A stretch of 64,000 nt of DNA from Bugula neritina (taxonomy: Eukaryota > Animalia > Bryozoa). Every line of letters begins with the position of its first letter. Positions within the stretch are counted from its first letter, which is position 1. The stretch spans positions 33,913,504-33,977,503 of the forward strand of contig OZ037765.1 of the NCBI GenBank assembly GCA_964035545.1, in the 5' to 3' direction. Position numbers and translations under genes: made by a program. Under the pieces are notes generated by a model. That model saw only the letters and a list, made by a program, of their open reading frames with translations. It did not search any database and was not told the origin of the DNA. Below, piece by piece: positions 1-32,139 of the stretch.

Positions 1-1744
1 TGTGTAATAGTCAATTAACATGTGCTCTTTCTAGCTGTCCAATCGGTTTTGTGATATCTGCTATGGTTTATGAATGATTGGTGTTTTAATGAGCCATTCC
101 ATGGTTGGCAAGCTGGTCACGTGATTAGAACATAATAGCGCGAACTTTAATAATAGTTAAAATAGCGGCGTAGTGTAGAGCTCAACGTAATTAGGTATAA
201 TTTGACTGAGAATTGTTACTAATAATAAACATGGCGACTGGATCGCGCTGCAAGTTAATAGATAACAGATATTGACAATTTAAAAGAATGTTTCTACATT
301 GAAAATTAAGGACAAGGACTGAAGAGTAGTGGTGATAATAGTAATAATGAACTTAGTGACAACGGTGATACAAAAGAGTTAGATTTTATTATGAAACCAC
401 GTGGCATTATAGTATTAATCTCTCAGGATAATCATCAAAATGTTCTCATTATAATATTGATTATACTGAACTCAACTTTGAAATATTGATTAAGATATTG
501 CAGATATGAATTTTAAATTAATATTTTCATGATCAGCATAAAAAACCACCCCTAGTAACTAACTTTTGGGCTGATGAAGCTAATTGAAGACACTGTTGCT
601 AGGTAGATAAACAACGAATTTAGTACAATTTTGAGTCGACGAACTTTGACTGTTAATTACTCGCAATAATAAAAGGCGTTTGTTGTGGACTGCTGTGTGT
701 ATAACCTGGCATATTTCTGGTTCTATTTGACTGATTTTAAAAATTTAAAGTGCAATGTGATCACAAAGTCCTACTCTATTCATCCACATTAAAAAGTAAA
801 AATCTTGGATGACCCCCAAGAGACCAAAAATGACAGCAGCCATCACATATGTTTTCAATTTTGGGGTGGGGTTTGGAGTTTGAAGGAAGGGTTTGAGGTG
901 AGGATTTTGGGTTTGTACTTGGGGTTCTGGAGTTTGGGGTGGTGGTTTGAGTCAGGGGGTGGGTGTTCAAGAGTGGGGGGTTTACAGTGGAGGGTTTGGG
1001 GTTTGAGTTTGGAAAAGTTTAACATCAGTGTGCCATTTCTACCTAATTTTCCATTTGTGCCATTATTACCTGTGCCATTTTTACACGCACCAGTTTTACC
1101 TAAAATAATCGTGGGTTTCAACAAGCGAACTCTTCTCAGACGTAACTGACAAAACAGAGTTTTGGTGCCATTCAGCACCACCTATCCGTGTGAGGTAGGA
1201 TTCTCATCAATTCAAAGAGAAGAGAAACTGCCTTGACCTGCAGAGTGACCTAAGATGGGCCTGGTCAAAAACAGAGCCAGGCTTAAGCAAGTTAGCACAA
1301 AAGCATCAACTGCAGCCATAACATTAATAACTGAACTGCTCTGTGTTTCATAACATAAAATAAGGATAATAATGCTGTTATCATAATTATATTATATGCA
1401 AATATAATAGAACAAAATATATTGCATTGTATCATAAATTCTCATTCAGTAAGTCATAAAATCTTTTCGCTCTTCGAAAGGGGGAAAATTAATAGTAAAC
1501 ATTTATGAAAGGGGGGAATAGTATAAAAAAGGTTGGGAGCCACTGCTCTAACCCCTACAAGTAGCCTAGACTGTGGCTGCTCCCACCAATAAATTTCAAT
1601 AATATTACCATTAGTAAATCAAATGATTTACTAATGCTCCTAAACAAGATCGAAATGCAGTGCTATCACTATGTTTTGGTTAAATTAAAACTTTTTTACA
1701 TTGGCATTATCTTATGTGTAAAACTAGGTTTACTAAGAGTAAGT

Positions 1745-1948
1745 AACTAATACTAATACTAATACTAATAGTAATACTATGTATAACACCTCTACTTATA
1801 GTATTATTTATACTTGTGCTAATAGTAATACTCATAGTCATACTCATAGCCATATTCATACTGATACTGATACAGACAGTGATACTCATACTGAAACTGA
1901 AAGTGATACTCATACTGATACTCATACCGATACTCAGTCTCATACTGT
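1745..1948. repeat. 6-bp ATACT(C/G/A) tandem repeat
   Basis: Direct. Confidence 0.8.
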
Positions 1949-2915
1949 CACGGTCGCCAGTCGGTTTGTTTTTCAAAATAACATTTATTATTACCATTGT
2001 GACTGTTATTAAATTACTGTTGTATCAGTCACTTAGTCACACTAAATCTAATAGTGGTACATTTAGTGAGATACTCATACCAATAGAACAAATAACTGAA
2101 AGTAAATGATTTTTAAATTACATCAATAGCGATACTACTACGCGATCAGGAAGTAATTGGAGCGACTCCACTTGCAAGAGCTTCTCGCTCCATTTCAAGC
2201 GTTTTTATTGGTTGCTTTCGAGGCTCTGTACGCGCTATATTTATATTTATATTAATAACAAATAACAAGAACCAAATAGCCACAGAACAGAATGCTGATT
2301 TATGTAAGAGTAAAAACAAAATAAAATAAACCAATTTTTGTGATGCAGGTTTTCGGAGCAGCTCCCACAGTGAGGATTGCAGCAGTCCTGCAGTTTAGTA
2401 CAAGCTTTACGGCTCATATAAATGGCTCCAACATGTAATTAATGTGAATTTTCAGAACACCAGAGACAAGATGACTTACTTCTCATCAGTGATATATTTA
2501 ATATTTATATAGGTGGTAAATAAATGAATATTGGAACAGAAACATTGGACCAACTTTTAATCTTTAATAGCGTTCTATAGTATGGGCATGTTTGAGAGAC
2601 GGGGATATCAGGAGAGTATATGTAATGAGGATTATAGAGAGAAGCAGAAGGCGTGGTTGGCCAAAACAGCAGTGGAGCGACACAATCAAAACTAACCTCT
2701 GTTGGCTAGATCTAGACCAGAATGACGCAAGTGGTTGAGTGAGATGGAAAAGTTTGGTTCATCTGGAGGTTAGGCAAAAGCCGCCACCCGATCAGGAAAT
2801 GGCGGAGAAAGGTGCGAAAGAGCTCTATAACTAAAACTTGTTTTAAGTTGATTTTTGTGCTGCACATCTTTTGCAAGTCAGATACATGCATGATTTTTAA
2901 TTAAAGTGACTGTTG

Positions 2916-3198
2916 CAGGCCTAGCTATAACCTACACCTCAGGCCTAGCTATAACCTGGACCTCAGGCCTAGCTATAACCTGGACCTCAGGCCTAGCTAT
3001 AACCTACACCTCAGGCCTAGCTATAACCTGGACCTCAGGCCTAGCTATAAAACCTACACCTCAGGCCTAGCTCTAACCTGGACCTCAGGCCTAGCTATAA
3101 CCTGGACCTCAGGCCTAGCTATAACCTGGACCTCAGGCCTAGTTATATAACCTGGACCTCAGGCCTAGCTATAACCTGGACCTCAGGCCTAGCTATAA
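2916..3198. repeat. 24-bp minisatellite CAGGCCTAGCTATAACCTGGACCT
   Basis: About 11 tandem copies. Confidence 0.95.
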
Positions 3199-3268
3199 CT
3201 TACAAATGAAAATAAGTAGAAATGTCTGAGAACACAGTCACAGGTTACCATTGTCAGAGTTAACGCCT

Positions 3269-3520
3269 AAGATATGCTTACAGAGGATATGCTTACAAAA
3301 GACATGCTTACAAAACACATGCTTATAAAGAAACAGGCTTATAGAAGATATGATTACAGTAGATATGATTACAGAAGGCATGCTGACAGAGGACATGCTT
3401 ACAGAGGATATGCTTACAAAAGACATGCTTACAAAACACATGCTTATAAAGAAACAGGCTTATAGAAAATATGATTACAGAAGATATGCTTACAGAGGAC
3501 GAATGCTTGCAGAAGATATT
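3269..3520. repeat. 15-bp-based tandem repeat (GATATGCTTACAGAG) with higher-order duplication
   Basis: Direct. Confidence 0.85.
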
Positions 3521-3697
3521 TACCATAATTACTGAAATCTTGCAGACCCTGTATACATTACTATTTGGTTATAAGTTATAGGAATTCTAAATGCACACAA
3601 TTGTCACAAATAGTGATTTCATCAGCAATTTATAATAATATATTAATAGCGGTGATAAACTATAAGTCATTATTCAGTAATATGTGTAGGGCTATTT

Positions 3698-3855
3698 ATG
3701 TATGACAGTGTATGACAGTGTGTGACAGTGTGACAATGTGTGACAGTGCGTGACAGTGTGTGACAATGTCATACAATGTGTGACAGTGTATGACAGTGTT
3801 TGACAGTATATCACAGTGTGTGACAGCGTGTGACAGTGTATGACAGTGTGTGACA
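3698..3855. repeat. 10-bp TGTGACAGTG tandem repeat
   Basis: Direct. Confidence 0.9.
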
Positions 3856-5122
3856 TTATTTTGCTATAAATTTAGCCTCACTCTAATTGATCACAATTGT
3901 TCCATCCAAGATCGCTCTAGAGCAGGGCTGTCTAACAGGCGGCCTTCCAGCTATATTTGTGTGGCCCCCAAGGTATAGCAAGTTACAAATTTTTGTTTAT
4001 CAAATTTGCTAACTAGCCTGTAACAGCAGCACATGTATATAGGATAGTTGAGAGCATCCCACTAAGAATTTCTATTGAAATGTAGTTTGAGTTCTTGTAC
4101 AATATTGTTCCGTGGGTGGCATGTGTATTGCCTACTTGTCATTGTTTAGCCTGAGATCAAACTACAACCACTAACAGCAAGCTGGTCATTATAGCCTGTC
4201 CATCGAACTCAATAATATCTATTCCAGCTCAGTGAGCCTGTTAGCTAGCAAGCCTGTGACTTATAGTAATGTATACCCTCTTATATTATATTCTCATCTC
4301 TATGCTTTCACTGAAGTGTGAAGTGATGCACAGTGCTTACTACTCAAGAAGAAGCATACTATTTCCAGTGTATAAATCCATAATTTATATAAAATCTAAG
4401 TCATTGCTTTTTTATTCAAATATCATGTTTTCCTGCTAAGATATTTTACTGGTACTAAGAAAATGTTTTTTTTTCTATAACTTTGCAAAAGAATGAAAAG
4501 ATTCCAAAAAAGTTGCACTGGAAAAAAAGATTCACAACATAGTTTTAAATTTTGATTCTATAGTAGCCTACAATCAAATGAGATTTTTTTTACTGGTACT
4601 AAATTTTTACACAGTTACAATGCAAACCTCAGCAAGACAGTTGCAGCTAAAAAGTTGCCCTTAACTATCCTGTGCAAACAGATATTTCAAAGACATTTAA
4701 TCCGGACAGGCCATATAGAGAGAGACAAGACTTTTTTGAAAGTATAACTGTAAGATCTCATTTTTATTGACTGTATTGTGAAAGATTATAGTAGTGAAAG
4801 AATCCCTGACACACTTCACTTATGCAGTACTAAAATATTCTCATGCAAGGTTAGTTTTCATTTGCATACTGTTTTAAGGTTAGGTGCCTAAACAATTTTG
4901 TTTTATAATGAATTTTGTGTGAGTGTGTACTGAAATGATTTGGGATTTCTGATCACTTTGACCTTTGACCGCTTTGACTTTACTGCTAAGCACTATAAAA
5001 TTATAATAATTATAGCCAACTTTCATTGCATGCTATTGTTAGATGCTACACTGCACAGTATCATCACTGAGATGGCTTGAAGGTTTAAAGTTTGAACTTT
5101 CAGTCAAATGAAAGCCCACAAT

Positions 5123-6558
5123 CACCGGCTTTCCATGTACCGATCTCAGATCGATCTCGCTGAGATCGATCTGAGCACATCTCTCAGATCGATCGTTTTT
5201 CCATGAGAAGTGTCAAATCGATCTCACGGAGTTGCCTCCTCTTAAGTGAAGAGTACTTTAATAATATAATTTGTTCACAAATCTGGATGATTAAAGCTGC
5301 TGAGGTTAAAAAACAAGATTGTTGATGTCTAAATATTAATGGTGCTTGTAAACAATACACAACAAAGCTTTTAGTGTAAAGTAATATAGCCAATTTAAGA
5401 TAATCGCTTTTAATTTTTTAGCTTAACAGCTTAAATAAAATTAATAGCTATTTTGCAGATTATTCATAAACTTACAGGATTGTTAAGCTTGAAATTACGC
5501 AGCAAATAACTAATGAAAGTAAGTTTTACTAGTCATTTAAATTCAATTTAAATGCTCCAATTTTTTGTAATTTCTACCGCCTATAATTTTATATAGTAAT
5601 TGAGTTTTTTAATCATAGTACTGAAAGTCAACGTTTTGGCATCTGAAAATGTGGCTATCGTAATTATTAAGTAATTTGCTTAGTAATTATCAATAAGTTA
5701 TCATTTTTATCAGCGTGTAATGGATTTTAACGCTCTAGTAATTATATCGCGTCACTATTATAATGGACTTAGCGTAACTTTGTAAATACTGTAAATGCTG
5801 TAATTATAGCTAAGCTCCTTGCGTAGCTTTCTAATGCCTCAAATATTGTAATTATAGCTAAGCTCTTAGTGTAGTAAATAGCGTAATGATTGTGAATTGC
5901 CCTTTCTATTATTTTTGTTTGTTTACTGTAATAGTTTTTGTGAGTTGTATTCCCTGCCACTTTTCTTTTTGTTTTATAAATAATTAACTATGTGAGCCGA
6001 AGCTCGTCCGAGGTCGGAACCGATGTCGGAGGAGCTTGTCCGAGATCGGACCGGATATTCCGACATCGGTCGCCGGAACTCCGAACTTCGTACGAACTTC
6101 GGACCCCTCTGTATATAAGCGTGAGTTTTTCTAGTATGAATCAGTCTAACACTGGAGCTCACAGAGGAAACATCAATAAACACTATTAGAATCAATATTT
6201 TACAAAGACTTTATTTCTATCACAATAACTGGCATGCAGACTACTAGTCTATTCTTATAATCCACAAAATCACAACAAGCGGACAACATTTTAGCGAACA
6301 GTCTTTTTCTACTTCTCAGATCGATCTTTCGTCTTTCCATGGATCGATCTCACTGAGATCGATCTAAGTTCGAGCTCTACAGACCGACCAGCTCAGAACG
6401 ACTGAGATCGATCTTTGACATCTTTCCATGGATCGATCTCGCTGAGATCGATCTAAGATCGATCTAAGATATTTTTCAGCTTGCATTCACCGGCTTTCCA
6501 TGTACCGATCTTAGATCGATCTTAGATCGATCTTAGATCGGTACATGGAAAGCCGGTG
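5123..6558. mobile_element. Non-autonomous TIR element with GATCGATC subterminal repeats
   Basis: TIR CACCGGCTTTCCATGTACCGATCT, AAT on both flanks. Confidence 0.65.
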
Positions 6559-7296
6559 AATGCAAGCTGAAAAATATTTTTCAATTTTGAAATGATCTAG
6601 AAGTATATATACAGCGTTCCAGGTAATTAATGGCCCATGTTTACATTTTGTCTATTACATTCCTATAGTGAGTCAAGGCAAGTTGTTTGTACAAGCTGGG
6701 AACCTGTTAGGGAACCTGCTAGATAAATTAATTTTCTAAAACAAACAAGTTTTTGAATTTTGGACACATGTAGATATAACATGTTATTTATTTATTTATT
6801 TGACAGTTTGAGGTTTATCAATTGTATAATTAAAAGATAAAGTGTTTTGCTTTTCTATTTATAGCCAACTGTATTAAATGAGGTAATATTGGTGGGACAG
6901 CAAATGAAAACAGGAAACAGATAATATTGACACCCAGAGATAAAATGGTGGACTTCCTGAAAAGATAAGCCACTGCTGATGGAATACAACTTATATGACT
7001 CTTTCCCTACAGCAGAGGAAGCAAGCTGAATATACTGAAACACATGTTATTAAAATATGCTAATATCACTTTGTATAATTTTCTCATTAGCTAAGTATAT
7101 ATCTAGCCATCACTTTAGTACACTCTGAGAAATACTTTGATCATATTTCAAGCTGAATAAATACTAAACAATGTTGTTGAGCTATGCTAATAATTTCAAA
7201 GAAGGAAACAGAGTGCCAAGAGGAGGCTATAGTTGATACAGTATATTTACTATGTGTATACTCTAAGATAATAATACATCTATCATATACTTGCAG

Positions 7297-7508
7297 ACGA
7301 AAGAAAGCTTCAGGTCTACTTGGAACGGTTGCTAAGAGACAAAAGGAAACAGAGTGCCAAGATGAGGCAGCAGCTGACAGCATTTGAAAATCATCAAGAC
7401 GCTAAAAAGAGGCTGTGGAGCAGAACAGACGAACTTCAGCTCAGTAGACTAAACTTACCACAGATACAGTTGGGGAAGACGACTCTGAAGTCAGTTACAC
7501 TAGAGGAG
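7297..7508 (+). CDS. Penultimate exon of an unknown plus-strand gene
   Basis: ttgcag|AC...GAGGAG|gtaagt; open frame ERKLQVYLERLLRDKRKQSAKMRQQLTAFEN...TLEE. Confidence 0.6.
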
Positions 7509-7625
7509 GTAAGTAGTTGAGTTGAGTAGAAACATAATCCAAGGTTTTATATAAGCAAAACTAAACCTTTTGGCATACATTTAGTCTACCGCAAATATGA
7601 TAAGACATCATTGTTGTTTGTAACA

Positions 7626-7816
7626 GCTTCTTGTTACTACTTCCTCTCACTACTTCCTGTAACTACTTCCTGTAACTACTTCTTGTCCCTACTTCCTGCC
7701 ACTACTTCCTGTAACTACTTCCTGTCCCTACTTTCTGTTCCTACTTCTTGTAACTACTTTCTGTAACTACTTCCTGTCACTACTTCCTGTCACTGCTTCC
7801 TCTCACTACTTCCTGT
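7626..7816. repeat. 13-bp CTACTTCCTGTAA intronic tandem repeat
   Basis: Direct. Confidence 0.9.
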
Positions 7817-7963
7817 GAGAAATTTCTTCTCCTAACTTTGATTTACTTTCTTTATTGTGCTGTAAACAACGTGGTGATAAGAAATGATAATTCTAATATT
7901 GCAAAACATTTTATGAATATATGACTACTACTTCAGTTTACTTTTCTATTCCCTGTTCTACAG

Positions 7964-8284
7964 ATTTACAGAAAGCCTAAGAACCTGAAGACAGCGGAGT
8001 TCACGGTACCTCTGCTGCCAGTGATGGTAGGTGAAGACATGCAGAAGATTGTGGAGTACAACAAGCAGATATTCATTACCAGACTTCCCACAGTAGAGAG
8101 ACTTACAACCAGACAGATGAGGAGGTACAATGGGTACAAGGGTTCTCGTCTGTTAGAAGATAAGAAAGCTCTTCAAGATAAACGATTCAAAAGACTGTCA
8201 GATGCTCTGTCAGAAAGGAAAAGTGCAACAAAAATAAAATCTAGTAAAACTTTCTTTATGACCAGATCTTTGACTTACATGTAA
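7964..8284 (+). CDS. Terminal exon of the same unknown gene, convergent with gene B
   Basis: Polypyrimidine tract + ctacag|ATT; phase 0 matches the upstream donor; IYRKPKNLKTAEF...RSLTYM*. Confidence 0.6.
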   Translation: MYRKPKNLKTAEFTVPLLPVMVGEDMQKIVEYNKQIFITRLPTVERLTTRQMRRYNGYKGSRLLEDKKALQDKRFKRLSDALSERKSATKIKSSKTFFMTRSLTYM

Positions 8285-10264
8285 TGTATACTTTATGTTA
8301 TAATATTATTATATAATATACTGTGCTGTGTTATGTGATATACTGTGTGTTATATAATATACTGTGTAATATATAATATACTGTGTGTTATATAATATAC
8401 TGTGCTGTGTTATATGATATATTGTGTGTTATATAATATACTGTGTTATATAATATACTGTGTGTTATATAATATACTGTGTATTATATAATAGACAGTA
8501 TATTATATAACACACAGTATATTATATAACACACAGTATATTATATAACACACAGTATATTGTATATTACACAGTATATTATATAATACACAGTATAATA
8601 TACTGTGTATTATATTATTATAATTATAATTATAATTATTAAAATATTATTATATATTATACTCTGTATTATATACGGTGTTTCATATAATATACTGGGT
8701 GTTATATTGTACTTTGTGTTATATAAGACACAGTATATTATATATAACATACATTCCATTATTTTATAACATGCTGCATTTTATTATGGTATCTATTATG
8801 CAATATGTTGTATGTTACATTGTGTTTATTGCTAAAGAGGCTAAACATATTATTAAGTATTATTATGTTATGTTATACAATATATTATATTTTCCACAGT
8901 ATATGATATATAGTATTATATATTACACAATCTCAGCTTCAGTATTACAATATGAAAATATGTCTTCTAGTTACAAGAATATATTTTTCATTATCTTCAA
9001 TTTACGAATGAGAATAAAATCGGTTGAATTATCACGTGACTTTCGTTATACATAATACTATATACATAATATATTAGTATTACATTACATCAATATAATC
9101 TAATGTGGTATAATAGAATATAGCATTGTATTATGATACATGCTGTCATTGGCTGTGCTTGCTGACACGTATATGCAGTAACTCCTCCCTTGAATATTAA
9201 AAATTAGTAAACCAACTTGAAAAATAAAAAAGTGAAGCCGACTAACTCTCTGTTTGATTCTAATCATAGCTGTGTTTCCACAAACAGTTCAGTGTGCACT
9301 GCGGGCAAAGGAAAAGGCTTCCCAAGCTCGATGTTATTATTGGCAGAGAAAGAAGTTTATTACCTCATTAAATGCTCAACAAAAGATGACTGGAAGCTAT
9401 AACATATTTGAGTTTATCTGATACTGCACCTCCATATAACCAGGTATTTAGAGCCCTGAACAATGTGCAGTCTTCTCATTGTTTTGGTCAACTGTTTGTC
9501 AATCTATCTAGAAAACTATGTATAGTGATCTCCACACTAATTTATTACCACAATGCTCAAAAATTTGACTTAAGGCAATTTGAACATTGAAATTATTACT
9601 ATATATAACCTTACATTAAAACAAACTCAGTTGAACAAGAAAGGTTAGTGGAAACACTGGTTGCTGCTGTTTAAAACTTGCTATGCTCATATTTTCCCCG
9701 ATGTAAAGTTACATAAACAAACAAAATGGCGAGGGAATAAATCTCAAATAACCATATTTTATAGCTGAAAGCTGAACATTCAACTTTATTAATATAAATC
9801 ATACAGAAGATTATAAACTTGGCTACTGATATAAACCAGATGATCTTATAGCAGTTGGAGACACACAAACTAGATATAGTATAAGAGATGATCACCTGAG
9901 ACCTACTAAATGATAGAATCAGTTATTTGACACAGTATAATGATGTGAGATACGTAGTGTATCTGTTGGTTAGTAATTTGAAACATCTGGTTCTATGAGT
10001 AAAATATGGTAAATTAAGCCATTATATGGTAACCAAAACACAGAGTCTTAAGGTAATAATACCATAAAAAGCTAATAAAATACTTTTAGTTGTTACACAG
10101 CAGCAAAATAAAGCAGCAGAATAGAAGTGATTACATAATATTGAATTAAAAACATAATGAAAAGAAAATAAATATCAAATAACCATATTTTAGCTGACAA
10201 CTCAACATCTAACTTTATTAATATGAATCACACAAAACCATATAAAATACTGGTATAAAATTGA

Positions 10265-29886
<19,622 letters not shown>

Positions 29887-31482
29887 TTTGTAGTCACTGG
29901 TCGCAGCTGGACACTAATTTTGCAGTGTAATTCTATTATTCTCTATGCTTGTGTAAATAAAATAAATAAACCAATAGTTACCATATTTGATTACCCAGCA
30001 TTCAAACTGTCCTCACAACCATATGAATAAAACAAGTTCACTTTGGATACGTAGTAGACTCAGTTTTCACTGAAAATAGTTTTAGTTTTTGCATTTTAAT
30101 TTTGTGTATTTGAAATGTTTGAATAGATAAGCTGCCAATTTTTAACATATTATCATGCTAAACGGAGATAATGTAAAAAAGTTGAGAAAATTCAACGAAA
30201 TATAGAATGAGGCTCTTTAATTGTAATCAAGTAGTGCTTAACTGCTATTCAAATGCATTGAATTTGCAGATTTGCAAGCTAAGTTTGTACTCAAAACCTT
30301 CAGTTTGCATCAGCCTCTTAGCTACACACAGTGTGACTCAGTGAGTAAAATATGTGACTCTCTTAATAAGCATCAACAATACTAGCCTCAGTACAACTTG
30401 CTGAGAACTAAAGTCTAAAACTTGCTTGAAACTGCTACTCTTTCTGTTTCTAGTTGAAACCTTTAGAAAAGCTTATTTGCATGATTAACTAAACTTTGCA
30501 CATATTCAACTAATTATTCAACTATATACATTATTCAATATTATGATATCATGTTAAATATACTGTGTTGTTGCTGATCTTGGTTTAGAAGAAGCTGCTA
30601 CAATGAGTCAAATATAAATATACTGTAAACAATGTTGATGAAAATCACTGCTTTTAATTAGATTGAATATTTTTGCAGCTTTTTAATTCAGGTCACAGTT
30701 GTAAAAGAAAGTAAAAATTTCAAACACATCTTACTAAAGTAAATATTATATTCAGCTTTAGTACAACAACTAGCTTTTATATAAGTTATATTTATCTTGT
30801 CAATAATTCTTAAATGTATTGAAAGTGTAATATCTCATACCACAACTTAATTATTAAAGAGTAAAATGTAGATTATTTATCTTTCATATAAGTTATAGAC
30901 TTGACTAAATTATTAAAAATTTAGCTTTAGTATAAAATACATTATTTAATAATCTCCCATACTAGTTATATTACCAATCATGATACAATCTATAAATATA
31001 TTTAAAAGTGTAATATCTGTTTATAATGAACTATTTATTAAATAAGAATGACTAACTTACTCTCGGGTCACATCTCAGTACACTGACTCAGTAGCACATC
31101 TCAGTATACTGACTCACATGTTGTATAGTCATCTATATTACTGAGTAGATATAGTTCTTGTAACTAACTGACTGCTAGCTGTTCAAGAAGAACACATCAG
31201 CTATATTGAGCTATATTACTCAGAGTTGACTAGTAACAGCAAAGGTTGCTAAGATACTATGATACAAACAGACAATGGAATATTCTATCAATAGCAACTA
31301 CTATTCAGCCTGTTTGAGGTTTTCACATCCATATCAATAGAAACTAATATTCAGCTCATTGTATGACTTGTTTGAGGTTTTCACATTCATATTCAGTGTA
31401 ATTGTAGACTGGCTTAATCAATATGTGCTGTGCTAGTCCTGAAGTGTATACACTTATGCATGCATTCAAATTGTGCAAACTG

Positions 31483-31795
31483 GGTGTCCAGTAAAAATGG
31501 TACCGGCAAAAATACTGGCACAAGTAATAATGGCACAGGTAATAATGGCACAGGTAATAATGGCACAGGTAATAATGGCAAGGTGAAAATGGCAAAGGTG
31601 GCAAAATAGGTAAAAATAGTACATTTTCAATATTGAGGTTTGGGTGGGGGTTGGGGGTTTGGAATGGGGGTTTTTGGATTTAGAAAATTTACCACCAGTG
31701 TGCCATTTTTACCTGTGTCATTTTTACTCGTGCCATTTTTACCCGTGCCCTTTTTACCTGTGCCCTTTTTACCGGTACTATTTTTAACTAAAATT
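31483..31795. repeat. Fold-back repeat with 15-bp GGCACAGGTAA(T/A)AAT units (copies at about 860-1110, 37862-38160, 43812-44110, 46332-46650, 59435-59620)
   Basis: Inverted arrays of 15-mers around a GGGTTT-rich spacer, dispersed in the window. Confidence 0.7.
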
Positions 31796-31821
31796 GTGCA
31801 AACTGATCAGGTTTGGAATTA

Positions 31822-32030
31822 GAGAGCATCTCTGGTCTAGGGGTTAGAGCGTTTGCCTATAAGTTAACACAAAGTCATGGGTTCGAACCGACAAAGGCCA
31901 TTCATGATGCTAGGAAAAGCATTCAGTCATAATTGGCCCTGTGCCTCATCTGAGTAAGTCTATAGCCAAATTTAGCAAAAAAACCTTTTCCATCAGGGGC
32001 TTCTGACACGGATGAGAACTGTAAATTTTT
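31822..32030 (+). mobile_element. tRNA-derived SINE (also about 38188-38400, 44139-44350, 46685-46890)
   Basis: TGGTCTAGGGGTTAG...GGGTTCGAACC head followed by a conserved non-tRNA body. Confidence 0.7.
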
Positions 32031-32139
32031 GTGGATTTTATTAGGTTTAGAATAATTGTGTTGATTCAAAGAGCTTTACTTTGACTGCTTTATATGTCAG
32101 CTACGTACACCTGAAGGGTATTTTAATACTTTCAACAAT

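Noticed and set aside
4682-4848. Candidate upstream exons of the plus-strand gene
   Set aside because: Splice-like signals are present, but the implied intron is about 35 nt and the phases could not be reconciled with confidence.
31356-31822. Repeated PVPFL / CHYYL ORFs (also at 37737, 43688, 46182, 59501, 805)
   Set aside because: Translations of a 15-bp-unit dispersed repeat.
31822-31900. Functional tRNA gene
   Set aside because: It has A and B boxes but no convincing cloverleaf, and it continues into a conserved body found in five copies, so it is a SINE head.
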